Shown: positions 47,883 to 56,426 of the stretch, piece after piece
Numbering within the stretch: the stretch's first letter is position 1
Layout: the number at the start of each line of letters is the position of its first letter
Translations under genes and position numbers: made by a program
DNA from: Actinomycetota bacterium
Lineage (GTDB): Bacteria; Actinomycetota; Actinomycetes; Jiangellales; Jiangellaceae
Length of the DNA: 61,742 nt
Assembly (NCBI GenBank): GCA_046727475.1
Contig: JBKPCP010000047.1
Span: forward strand, 1 to 61,742
Direction of reading: 5' to 3'
The notes under the pieces: model-generated
Seen by the model: the letters and a program-made list of their open reading frames with translations, nothing else
What the model was told of the DNA's origin: nothing
Databases searched by the model: none

Positions 47883-48634
47883 CGGCTCGCCTCCGGCAAC
47901 CAGGACCGCGAGGCGGCAGCTCGAGCGGCCAGGTAATCGACGTACGCCGCCCGCCCCTCGGCGGGCAGCCAGTCGTGCGGCACGAGCGCGACGACGTCGG
48001 TGAGCAGTGCGTCACTCACCAACGGCGAGAGCTCCGCGTCGGCGGATCCGAGCGCGCTCGCGTACGGCGCCAGCGCATGGTCGCCCAACGGGTACGGGCG
48101 CGACGCGAACTCGGCGATCCCGGGCCAGGTGTGCTGGAAGAGCAGCGCCGCTCCGTGGTCGATCGCCCACAGTTCACCGTGCCAGACCAGCAGGTTCGGG
48201 TTCCGCCAGCTGCGGTCGACGTTCACGGTCAACGCGTCGAGCCACAGGATGCGTGCCGCGGTGTCCCTTTCCGGACGCCAGCCGATGCCGTCATAGCCCA
48301 GCGAGCGGGGCAGGAAGTCGATACCCAGGTTCGTGCCCGGGCTCGCCAGCAGAAGGTCCTGCACCTCCGGGTCCGGTTCGCGGCGTCCGATGTCCGGGTC
48401 GAGGTCCACCACGACCTGCTCGGGTACCCGGATTCCCAGCCTCCGGGCCAGCTCACCGACGATCACCTCTGCCACCAGTGCCTTGAGCCCCTGGCCGGCG
48501 CCGCGGAACTTCACGACATACGTCCCGAGGTCGTCGGCCTCCACCAGACCTGGAAGCGAGCCGCCCTCGCGCAGCGGCTCGACGTACCGTGTCGCACGGA
48601 CCCGACGCAGCACATCGAGCACTACCTCGGTCAT
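47879..48634 (-). CDS. HipA-like family kinase
   Basis: VKFRGAGQG (P-loop-like), NVDRSWRNPNLLV (catalytic loop) and IDHGAAL (DxG). Confidence 0.7.
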   Translation of the reverse strand: MTEVVLDVLRRVRATRYVEPLREGGSLPGLVEADDLGTYVVKFRGAGQGLKALVAEVIVGELARRLGIRVPEQVVVDLDPDIGRREPDPEVQDLLLASPGTNLGIDFLPRSLGYDGIGWRPERDTAARILWLDALTVNVDRSWRNPNLLVWHGELWAIDHGAALLFQHTWPGIAEFASRPYPLGDHALAPYASALGSADAELSPLVSDALLTDVVALVPHDWLPAEGRAAYVDYLAARAAASRSWLPEASR

Positions 48635-48716
48635 GGAACCGGACCGTACGGCATTAGGCTGTGCCAGATCCCCTCAGCGGGCGACCCCACACCGACACCC
48701 ACGAACGAGGTCTTCC

Positions 48717-49100
48717 GTGCCTACCGGCAAGGTCAAGTGGTACGACACCGAGAAGGGCTTCGGCTTCCTCTCGAAGGACGACGGCGGCGACGTCTTCGTC
48801 CACTCCTCGGCGCTCCCGGCCGGCCTCACCGCGCTCAAGCCCGGCCAGCGGGTGGAGTTCGGCGTCGCCGAGGGCAAGCGCGGCGAGCAGGCGCTGTCCA
48901 TCCACGTTCTCGAGCCGATCCCGTCAGTCGTGGCCGCGCAGCGCAAGAAGCCCGACGACATGGTCGCCATCATCGAGGACCTCATCAAGCTCCTGGACGG
49001 CGTCTCGAACACGTACCGGCGGGGCCGCCACCCGGAGAGCAAGTCCGCGCACAAGGTGGCGTCCGTGTTGCGAGCCGTCGCCGACGACCTCGACGCCTGA
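48717..49100 (+). CDS. Cold-shock domain protein with C-terminal extension (CspB-like)
   Basis: GKVKWYDTEKGFGFL..DVFVH, then a helical tail of about 60 aa. GTG at 48717 behind GAGG. Confidence 0.85.
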   Translation: MPTGKVKWYDTEKGFGFLSKDDGGDVFVHSSALPAGLTALKPGQRVEFGVAEGKRGEQALSIHVLEPIPSVVAAQRKKPDDMVAIIEDLIKLLDGVSNTYRRGRHPESKSAHKVASVLRAVADDLDA

Positions 49101-50465
49101 TCAGGCCGGCGGCGGCTCCGGCCGGACCCGCTGGGCGGCAATCAGGCCGACGACCAGTCCGCCGGCGGCGATGCCGAGACCCAGCTGCGGGATGAGCGGC
49201 AGCGCAATGCCGAGCCCGCCGCCGAGCACCCAGGCCAGCTGCAGGAGTGTGTCCGACCGGGCGAAGGCGCTGGCCCGGACCCGTTCGGGCACGTCGCGTT
49301 GCACCACGGCGTCGAGCGACAGGCGCCCGAGCTGCTGGCCGAAGCCCGCCACCAACGCGACGATGAGCACCGTCACCAGACCCCAGACGGCGGCCGTCAA
49401 CGCGGCGACCGCAGCCGCCAGCCCGACCAGCGCCAGCACCAGGCTGTCCGGGCTCCGGGTCCGGACGGTGGCGCCGAGCGCCGTACCCCCGGTCGTCCCG
49501 ATCCAGGCCGCAGCGGCCAGCAGGCCGATCGCCACCGTGTCGTCCAGGCCGCCGACCGGATCCTCACGCAGGACGAAGGCCAGGAACAGGGTGAGGAAAC
49601 CGGAGAACGCGCGCAGCGCGGCGTTCGCCCGCAGCGCCCGCACGACGGTGCCGCCGACGCGGTAGGCGCGCCCCGGCCCGGCGGAGCCTTCGCGAAGCGA
49701 GGCTTCGTTCTCGCCCGCGGCCGAGTCGACCCGCGGCGGGAGCAGGATCGCCTGCACCGTCGCCCCGATGTAGGCGGCGAAGGCCAGCCGGAGCGTCCAG
49801 TCGGAGCCGATCACTGCGAGACCCACCCCGAGCGGGGCGGCGATCGCCGCACCGACGACGGCGGCCATCCCCAGCCGCGCGTTCGCCGTAACGAGGGCAA
49901 CGCCGTCCGGAAGAAGACGCGGCACGGCCGCCGCGCGCGTGACGGCGAATGCCTTCGACGCCACCAGGCAGCCGAACGCGGCGGGGTAGAGCCACACGCC
50001 GCCCTCGATGACCGTGCCCGCCATGACCCAGCACAGGAAGGCTCGAATCGCCGTCGTCGCACCGATCGCCCAGCGCCGGCCGTGCCGGAACCGGTCGAGG
50101 AACGGTCCGACGACCGGTGCGATGACGGCGAACGGGGCCATCGTCAGGACGAGGTAGAGCGCGACCCGACCACGTGCCTCCGACGTCGCGACCGAGAAGA
50201 ACAGCGTGTCGGCCAACGCGATCGCGAGCAGGACGTCGGCGGCCGAGTTGACGGCGTTGAGCTCGATCAGCCTGGCGAGCCCGGTCCGACCGGCACCCTC
50301 GGCGCTGGCCGCTCGTCGCAGCCGGGCGGTGCTGGCCCGGGCCGCCCGCGTCGTCGACGACGCGGCAGTCTTTGCGACGCGCGCCGACGAACTGGCCATA
50401 CGGCGTGCCCGCTCCGCGCCCGGCCGATTCGGCTGCGAGGGCGGGTCCGGCGTCACGCGCACCAT
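49101..50465 (-). CDS. MFS transporter
   Basis: Polytopic part of the 948-aa track ORF. The start is either ATG 50465 or ATG 50399. Everything upstream is Arg/Pro-rich and antisense to the DUF3027 gene. Confidence 0.7.
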   Translation of the reverse strand: MVRVTPDPPSQPNRPGAERARRMASSSARVAKTAASSTTRAARASTARLRRAASAEGAGRTGLARLIELNAVNSAADVLLAIALADTLFFSVATSEARGRVALYLVLTMAPFAVIAPVVGPFLDRFRHGRRWAIGATTAIRAFLCWVMAGTVIEGGVWLYPAAFGCLVASKAFAVTRAAAVPRLLPDGVALVTANARLGMAAVVGAAIAAPLGVGLAVIGSDWTLRLAFAAYIGATVQAILLPPRVDSAAGENEASLREGSAGPGRAYRVGGTVVRALRANAALRAFSGFLTLFLAFVLREDPVGGLDDTVAIGLLAAAAWIGTTGGTALGATVRTRSPDSLVLALVGLAAAVAALTAAVWGLVTVLIVALVAGFGQQLGRLSLDAVVQRDVPERVRASAFARSDTLLQLAWVLGGGLGIALPLIPQLGLGIAAGGLVVGLIAAQRVRPEPPPA

Positions 50466-50531
50466 CCAACCCCATGCCTCAGCGTGCCCAGCGCTGTCGT
50501 TCCCGCCGTAGGTTTGCGACAATCTCCCTTC

Positions 50532-51356
50532 GTGACCCCTCCCACCACCCATGCGCCCGGCCGTGCGCGCAGCCGCAAGGCCGACGCCGCATGCCTCGAG
50601 GCTGTGGACCTCGCACGCGCGGCCGCTGTGGCGATCGCAGGCGCCGACCAGGTGGGTGAGTACCGCGGTTACGACGTCGAGGACGAGCGGGTCGTCACCC
50701 ACTACTTCGACGCCAGAGCATTCGGCTACCGAGGCTGGCGGTGGTCCGTCACCGTCACCCGGGCGGCGCGGGCCAAGGTCGTGACCGTCGACGAGTGCGT
50801 GCTGCTCCCCGGGCCGGACGCCGTGCTGGCGCCGCCGTGGGTGCCCTGGGACGAGCGGGTGCAGCCCGGCGACCTCGGCCCGGGCGACCTGTTGCCGACC
50901 GCAGACGACGACCCCCGGCTGGTGCCGGGCTACACCGGGGCCGACGAGGCCATCGACCCGGAGGCTTCGCGAGCCGTCACCGACGAGCTCGGGCTCGGTC
51001 GCGCCAGAGTCCTCTCGGCCTGGGGACGCGACGACGCGGCCGAACGGTGGCGCGAAGGCATCGGCGGACCGGACACCGAGATCGCCCGGGCAGCCCCGTT
51101 CCCCTGTGAGACGTGCGGCTTCCTCGTGCCGCTCGCCGGTGCGCTCGGCCGGGTCTTCGGCGTGTGCACCAACGAGCGGACGCCCTTCGACGGCCTCGTC
51201 GTCGCCCACGATCACGGCTGCGGCGCGCATTCGGAGGTGCGGATCGGGCAGGTCGTGCCGACGCCGTCGGGCCCGGTCTTCGACACGCTGTCCCACGAGC
51301 TGGTACCGAATGAGCTCGTCGAAACAAACCTCGACGAGGAGCTCGGCCACTCGTAG
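50532..51356 (+). CDS. DUF3027 domain protein
   Basis: CETCGFLVPLAGALGRVFGVCTNE..HDHGCGAHSE is the DUF3027 Cys/His pattern. GTG at 50532. Confidence 0.75.
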   Translation: MTPPTTHAPGRARSRKADAACLEAVDLARAAAVAIAGADQVGEYRGYDVEDERVVTHYFDARAFGYRGWRWSVTVTRAARAKVVTVDECVLLPGPDAVLAPPWVPWDERVQPGDLGPGDLLPTADDDPRLVPGYTGADEAIDPEASRAVTDELGLGRARVLSAWGRDDAAERWREGIGGPDTEIARAAPFPCETCGFLVPLAGALGRVFGVCTNERTPFDGLVVAHDHGCGAHSEVRIGQVVPTPSGPVFDTLSHELVPNELVETNLDEELGHS

Positions 51357-54337
51357 TGGATGGGCGTCCGGTGGATCCGTTCGGCACGGCGTCGATCCGC
51401 GAACGCGTCCTTGCGGCGTGGACCGCCTCGCCGGCGCGTTTCCGTGAGGACGCGAACGCCGAGGAGGAACTGGTCCGCGGCGCGTACCGCGACCGGCTCG
51501 TCGTCGAGCTCGCTCAGAACGCGGCGGACGCCGCTGGACGCGCCGGCGTTCCCGGTCGGCTGCTCCTCCGCCTCGAGGGGTCGACGCTCGTGGCCGCCAA
51601 CGTCGGCGCACCACTCGACGCGGCCGGGGTGGAAGGTCTGTCGACGCTGCGCGCATCGGCGAAGCGCGACGATCCGGCCGCCACGGTCGGCCGGTTCGGT
51701 GTCGGATTCGCGGCGACGCTGGCGGTGACCGACGCACCAGTTGTCGTGTCCCGCTCGGGTGGCGTGCGTTGGTCACGACCCTCGACGCTGGAGGCGGTCG
51801 GGGGCATCCCCGCGCTGGCGGCCGAGGTGGCCCGGCGCGGTGACGCGGTTCCGGTGCTCCGGCTCCCGTTCCCGGCCGACGGGACGGTGCCCGAGCCGTA
51901 CGACACCGTCGTCTCGCTGACGCTGCGCGACCAACGGGCGGTCGCACTGGCAGCCGAACTGCTCGCCGGCATCGACGACGCGCTGCTGCTTGCCCTGCCC
52001 GCGCTGGCCGAGATCACCGTCGAGCTCGGCGGCGCACGGCGGACACTGACTGCCGACCGAGCGGGTCCGGAGGTCGTCGTCGACGACAACGGCCGGCGTG
52101 CCCGGTGGCACCTCGCCCACCGGACCGGCCCGATCGCGCCGGACCTGCTGGCCGACCGGCCCGTCGAAGAGCGCGCACGACCGCAGTGGGAGGTCACGGT
52201 CGCGGTTCCGGTCGACGACGACGGCGCCCCGGTAGCTCTACCGGCCTCCGTACCCAGGGTCGTCCACGCTCCGACCCCGACCGACGAGCCGACCGCCTTG
52301 CCGGCCCTGGTGATGGCGACATTCCCCATGGACTCTTCCCGGCGCCGAGTCGCCCCGGGACCGCTGGCCGACCTCGTGGTGGGGGAGGTCGCCGTCGCCT
52401 ATGCGACGCTGGCGGCGAAGTTGGCAGGCCCGGCTGTGCTGGGCCTCGTGCCGGGCCCTCTGGGTGCGGGGGAGCTCGACGCAGCGCTCCATCGGGCGGT
52501 CGTCGACGCCCTGGCCCGCACGCCCCTGGTCCCCGCGGCCGACGGTTCGGGACGCCTCCGTCCGGACCGGGTCGTGCTCGTGCCCGGCCTGGAGCGTGCG
52601 GCCGATCCGGCCGCGTTGGCCCTGGTTGTCGCCGGTTTGCCGGCAGCGGCCTGGTGGCGGCCGGAAGCGCTGCGGCGACTCGGCGCTCAGGAGATCCCGC
52701 TGGCGGAGGTCGTCGACCGGTTGGCCGAGCTGTCACTGCCACCGGCGGAGTGGCGTGCGCTCTACGGCGCCCTCGAGGGTTCGGACCGCGATGTGTTGGC
52801 GGGGCTTCCGGTGCCGCTCGCCGACGGCCGGGTCGTACGCGGTCCGCGCGGCGTTCTGGTGCCCACCGGCGAGGTCGGCCCACGGATGCTGGAACCGCTG
52901 GGTCTGCGGATAGCCCATCCGGACGCAGATCATCCCGTGCTGCACCGCCTGGGTGCCGTCGAAGCGACGCCGGCCGCGGTGCTGCATGATCCGGCCGTCC
53001 GGGGCGCCGTCGAGGCACTGGCCGCGGAGGATGTCGCCGGCGAAGCGGTGGCGGGTCTGGTCGACGCCGTCCTCGGTCTGGTGGCCGCATCGGGCGTGAC
53101 GGTCGAGGACGAGCCTTGGCTGGGACGCCTGCCACTGCCGGACGCGAGCGGACAGGTGGCTCTGGCTCAGGAACTGCTGTTGCCCGGCTCACCGACCCTG
53201 AATCTGCTCGATGCCGATCCGGCCGACTACACCATCGCGGCCGAGCCGGTCGATCGGTGGGGCGAATCGGTACTTCGCGCGGTCGGCGTGCGTGACGGGT
53301 TCGGCGTCGTCCGCGACGCCGACCTGGCGCTCGACGACGAGAGCCGGCACGACCTCGACGACGAGGATCGGTGGGCCGAGGCCGTGCTTGCCGGACTTCC
53401 CGGTCAGGACCTGCCGCCGTTGATCGTGGAGCTCATCGCGGTACGGGACCTGGACCTGGTGCGTGAGGACGCCTGGCCCGCCGCCCTCGGTCTGCTGGCC
53501 GGCGACCCGGCAACACGTCCCGCCCTGGTGGAACCGGCGTACGCCCTGCTGGCCGACGGCACCCGGCGCACGGTTGTGCCCTACACGGTCTGGTGGCTGC
53601 GCACGCACGCCCGGATAGGCGGGCTTGCGCTGGAGGAGCTGTGTCCCGCCGATGCGGACCCGCTCGTCCGGGCGCTGCTGCATCCCGCTGATCTCGGCCT
53701 CGACGACATCGTGACTGGGTCACTCGGGCTGCCGAAGACGCTGACCGATCTGGACACCGGCCTGCTGCTAGACCGCCTCGCGGATCCGGGGCGCACGTTG
53801 TCCGCGCGCGATCTTGCCGACGTGTACGCGGTGCTGGCTTCGACGGACACCGGCACGGTGCCGGCGCCGAGGCGGATTCGGGTGCCCGCCGGACTCGGAT
53901 CGCGAGTTGTCCCCGCCGCGGACGCGGTCGTCGCGGACGGTCCGCATTGGCTGCAGCTCGACCTGCCGGCCGTCGTGCCGGGAGGACGTGCGCTCGCGGA
54001 CCTGCTCGACGTCGACCTGGCCGCGGACGTCTACGACGGCGCACCGGGTCCGGGTGGCCTCGTCGCTCAGGTTCCGGAGGTGATGTCCGCGCTCGTGCCG
54101 GACGCTCCTGCGACCTACGTCGAGCACGACGACCTAGTGGTTGCCGACCGGGCCGTCGACTGGTGGGTCGACGAGGAGAACACTGTCCACGCGGCCACGC
54201 CCGACGGCCTCGCGAGAGGGTTGGCCTGGGCCACCCGCCGTTGGGAGCTCCGGTTCCTGCTCGCCGAGGCTCTCCGGGACCCGGCTGCCGTGCCGGCGCT
54301 GCTGTCCGAGCAGGCCTACGAGCCCCACCGGGGCTGA
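51356..54337 (+). CDS. Large ATP-binding protein with GHKL/sacsin-like N-terminal ATPase motif
   Basis: VVELAQNAADA (N-box ExxxNAxD) and GRFGVGF (G2 box). 993 aa. The GTG overlaps the DUF3027 TAG by 1 nt. Confidence 0.6.
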   Translation: MDGRPVDPFGTASIRERVLAAWTASPARFREDANAEEELVRGAYRDRLVVELAQNAADAAGRAGVPGRLLLRLEGSTLVAANVGAPLDAAGVEGLSTLRASAKRDDPAATVGRFGVGFAATLAVTDAPVVVSRSGGVRWSRPSTLEAVGGIPALAAEVARRGDAVPVLRLPFPADGTVPEPYDTVVSLTLRDQRAVALAAELLAGIDDALLLALPALAEITVELGGARRTLTADRAGPEVVVDDNGRRARWHLAHRTGPIAPDLLADRPVEERARPQWEVTVAVPVDDDGAPVALPASVPRVVHAPTPTDEPTALPALVMATFPMDSSRRRVAPGPLADLVVGEVAVAYATLAAKLAGPAVLGLVPGPLGAGELDAALHRAVVDALARTPLVPAADGSGRLRPDRVVLVPGLERAADPAALALVVAGLPAAAWWRPEALRRLGAQEIPLAEVVDRLAELSLPPAEWRALYGALEGSDRDVLAGLPVPLADGRVVRGPRGVLVPTGEVGPRMLEPLGLRIAHPDADHPVLHRLGAVEATPAAVLHDPAVRGAVEALAAEDVAGEAVAGLVDAVLGLVAASGVTVEDEPWLGRLPLPDASGQVALAQELLLPGSPTLNLLDADPADYTIAAEPVDRWGESVLRAVGVRDGFGVVRDADLALDDESRHDLDDEDRWAEAVLAGLPGQDLPPLIVELIAVRDLDLVREDAWPAALGLLAGDPATRPALVEPAYALLADGTRRTVVPYTVWWLRTHARIGGLALEELCPADADPLVRALLHPADLGLDDIVTGSLGLPKTLTDLDTGLLLDRLADPGRTLSARDLADVYAVLASTDTGTVPAPRRIRVPAGLGSRVVPAADAVVADGPHWLQLDLPAVVPGGRALADLLDVDLAADVYDGAPGPGGLVAQVPEVMSALVPDAPATYVEHDDLVVADRAVDWWVDEENTVHAATPDGLARGLAWATRRWELRFLLAEALRDPAAVPALLSEQAYEPHRG

Positions 54338-54387
54338 AGACGGCGCCCCAAGTTGCTCGTGCCTCAGGCCCCCGGCCAGGCTGGAGC

Positions 54388-55242
54388 ATGCGATTCGTGA
54401 TCGAGCCGGACGTCCAGGCGTTCGAGCACCGAGGGCTTGCCTGGATGGAGCGGGATCCGCTGCTCAACACCCTTCCTGCGACGATCGCACGGTCCGTGAT
54501 GGCTGGCATGTACCCGGGTGACTTGGCACCGTCTGTGTGGATCACGATCGAGTCCGACGACCACCAGCCGATCGGTGCCGCCGTGCGTACTCCGCCACGG
54601 AACATGGTCGTGCCCGCCGTCCCGAACGAGCTCGCCCGCGCGCTCGCGGAGTTCATGTTCGAGAGATCGGTGGGAGAGGACCTCCCCGGCGTGAACGGGC
54701 CCGTCGATGCGGCGCGCGCCTTTGCCGACCGATGGGCCGAGCTGACCGGCTGCGACGTGCGCACCGAAACCAACATGCGGCTCTACCGCCTGGACAGGCT
54801 GGATCCGCCGGCGGATCCGGCCGGCGCGTGGCGGATTGCCACCCGGGACGACCGTGACCTGTGCTTCGGGTGGTTCGAGGCATTCGCGGCGGAGACCACC
54901 CGGAGTGCGCCGCCGCCGGAGCGGCGCGATGTCCTTGCCCGCGTCGACGGTCGAAGGCTCGGACTGTGGCATGTGCACGGTCGTCCGGTCTCTCTGGCCG
55001 GTTGGACGGTGCCGGCCTCGGGCGTGGTTCGGGTCGGGCCCGTCTACACACCGCCCGAGCAGCGCGGGCGAGGCTACGGCACGGCGGCGACGGCGGCCGC
55101 GACGGCAGGGATCCTGAGCGCCGGAGCCCAGGCGTGCCTGTTCACGGACCTGAGCAACCCGACCTCCAACTCGATCTATCAGAGGATCGGCTACCGGGCG
55201 GTCACCGACTGCGTCGAGTTGGCCTTCGAGCAACCCCACTAG
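54388..55242 (+). CDS. GNAT family N-acetyltransferase
   Basis: VYTPPEQRGRGYGTAATAA (acetyl-CoA Q/RxxGxG/A motif) and C-terminal IYQRIGY. Confidence 0.75.
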   Translation: MRFVIEPDVQAFEHRGLAWMERDPLLNTLPATIARSVMAGMYPGDLAPSVWITIESDDHQPIGAAVRTPPRNMVVPAVPNELARALAEFMFERSVGEDLPGVNGPVDAARAFADRWAELTGCDVRTETNMRLYRLDRLDPPADPAGAWRIATRDDRDLCFGWFEAFAAETTRSAPPPERRDVLARVDGRRLGLWHVHGRPVSLAGWTVPASGVVRVGPVYTPPEQRGRGYGTAATAAATAGILSAGAQACLFTDLSNPTSNSIYQRIGYRAVTDCVELAFEQPH

Positions 55243-55285
55243 TTGGTCACGCGCGTGGGTGCTCTCCCCGCGGGCGACGTCCGGA

Positions 55286-55361
55286 ACGACAGGAACAACG
55301 ACCCGGGGCTGCCACGTTTGTCTGGGTCTGCCGGGCCACAGCGGGCCGTTGTTCCTGTCGT
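55286..55361. terminator. 15-bp perfect inverted repeat (ACGACAGGAACAACG / CGTTGTTCCTGTCGT) with a structured 46-nt interior
   Basis: Read directly. Lies 17 nt downstream of the micro-ORF stop, between convergent genes. Confidence 0.6.
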
Positions 55362-55378
55362 ACGGTCCGCGTTCCCGG

Positions 55379-55444
55379 TCAGCAGCAGTCCGCGATCTCG
55401 CAACAGTCGTCGGTACAACAGCCGGCCAGGTCGAGCTCGTCCAT
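55379..55444 (-). CDS. Cysteine-rich micro-protein, 21 aa: MDELDLAGCCTDDCCEIADCC
   Basis: ATG preceded by AGGAGG with a 6-nt spacer. GC3-rich codons. TGA stop followed by a hairpin. Divergent from arsR. Not in the ORF track because it is under 60 aa. Confidence 0.55.
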   Translation of the reverse strand: MDELDLAGCCTDDCCEIADCC

Positions 55445-55466
55445 GGCGAACCTCCTCTTCTAAGAC

Positions 55467-55482
55467 ATCGACGAGTTTCGAT
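55467..55482. promoter_or_regulatory. Operator-like palindrome ATCGAC-N4-TTCGAT (copy 1)
   Basis: Read directly. Lies 22 nt upstream of the micro-ORF ATG. Confidence 0.45.
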
Positions 55483-55509
55483 GCCTGCGCACAGGAGCTT
55501 GCCCTTCGT

Positions 55510-55541
55510 ATCGACGGATGTCAATATCGACGCATGTCGAT
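55510..55541. promoter_or_regulatory. Two abutting operator-like palindromes ATCGAC-N4-GTCAAT and ATCGAC-N4-GTCGAT (copies 2 and 3)
   Basis: Read directly. They overlap TTGACA (minus strand, 55519..55524), CAATAT (plus strand, 55522..55527) and the arsR ATG. Confidence 0.5.
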
Positions 55542-55890
55542 GTTGCGCACATCCCTGCCTGTTCTGGAGCCGTTCTGCTGCACGCCGCTGACACGGGAGC
55601 CGCTGGCCGAGGTCGAGGCGGCTGCGCTGGCGGTGCGCTTCAAGGCTCTGGCCGACCCGGTCCGGCTGCGCCTGCTCTCCCTGGTGCTGGCGTGCGAGGA
55701 CGACGAGGCCTGCGTGTGCGACCTGACCGCCGCCTTCGACCTGTCCCAGCCGACGATCTCCCACCACCTCAAGGTGCTGCTCGACGCGGGACTGCTCAGC
55801 CGCGAGAAGCGCGGTGTGTGGGCCTACTACCGGGTGCAGCGTGAGGCGCTCGGAGCCTTGGCCGGAGTGATCGACGCCGTCGCCGCCTGA
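55534..55890 (+). CDS. ArsR/SmtB family metalloregulator (alpha3N thiolate-site type)
   Basis: ALADPVRLRLLSLV, CVCDL, LSQPTISHHLKVL and an N-terminal CC pair (EPFCCTPL). Confidence 0.9.
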   Translation: MSMLRTSLPVLEPFCCTPLTREPLAEVEAAALAVRFKALADPVRLRLLSLVLACEDDEACVCDLTAAFDLSQPTISHHLKVLLDAGLLSREKRGVWAYYRVQREALGALAGVIDAVAA

Positions 55891-55949
55891 CGATCGACCG
55901 CTGGCCACCCAGGGTGGTGGGGCCGGCGCAGACAGGGGATGCTGGCGAT

Positions 55950-56426
55950 ATGCGTGATCAGACCTGCCCCTTGTGTCGTGGCCGCGAAGTCGACCCGGAC
56001 ATGGGTCGCGAGCAGGTCTGGGAGGACGCCCACTGGCGGCTGACCACGAGCATCGGGCCCGGTGATCCCACACCGGGCTTCTCCTACCTCGAGCCCAAGC
56101 GCCACATCCCTTCGATCGCCGACCTCGACGGCGGCGAGGCCGTCACGTTCGGCCTGGCGATCGCCCGAAGCACGAAGGCCCTCAAGCAGGCGACCGGCAG
56201 CGAAGCCGTCTACGTCTACGTCTTCGGCGGGCACATCCCGCACCTGCACGTCCACCTGGCCCCGCACCGCGAAGGCGACGCCCTGAACTCGGCCATGTTG
56301 AAGGGCGAGATCGTCGAGGAGCCCCTGCCCACCGGCGCCGTCTCGCTGGTGAGCAAGGACTTCCCCGCCATCGACCAGGTCGAGCTGCGCTCGGTAGCCG
56401 ACCGGGTGCGTCGATTGCTCAGTTGA
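55950..56426 (+). CDS. HIT family protein
   Basis: Histidine triad HIPHLHVHLAP. N-terminal CPLC. Confidence 0.85.
   Translation: MRDQTCPLCRGREVDPDMGREQVWEDAHWRLTTSIGPGDPTPGFSYLEPKRHIPSIADLDGGEAVTFGLAIARSTKALKQATGSEAVYVYVFGGHIPHLHVHLAPHREGDALNSAMLKGEIVEEPLPTGAVSLVSKDFPAIDQVELRSVADRVRRLLS

Noticed and set aside
49101-51947. 948-aa ORF suggested by the track.
   Set aside because: Only the C-terminal 430-450 residues or so look like a transporter. The N-terminal 500 residues or so are Arg/Pro-rich and antisense to the well-supported DUF3027 and ATPase genes. The gene was trimmed to 49101..50465.
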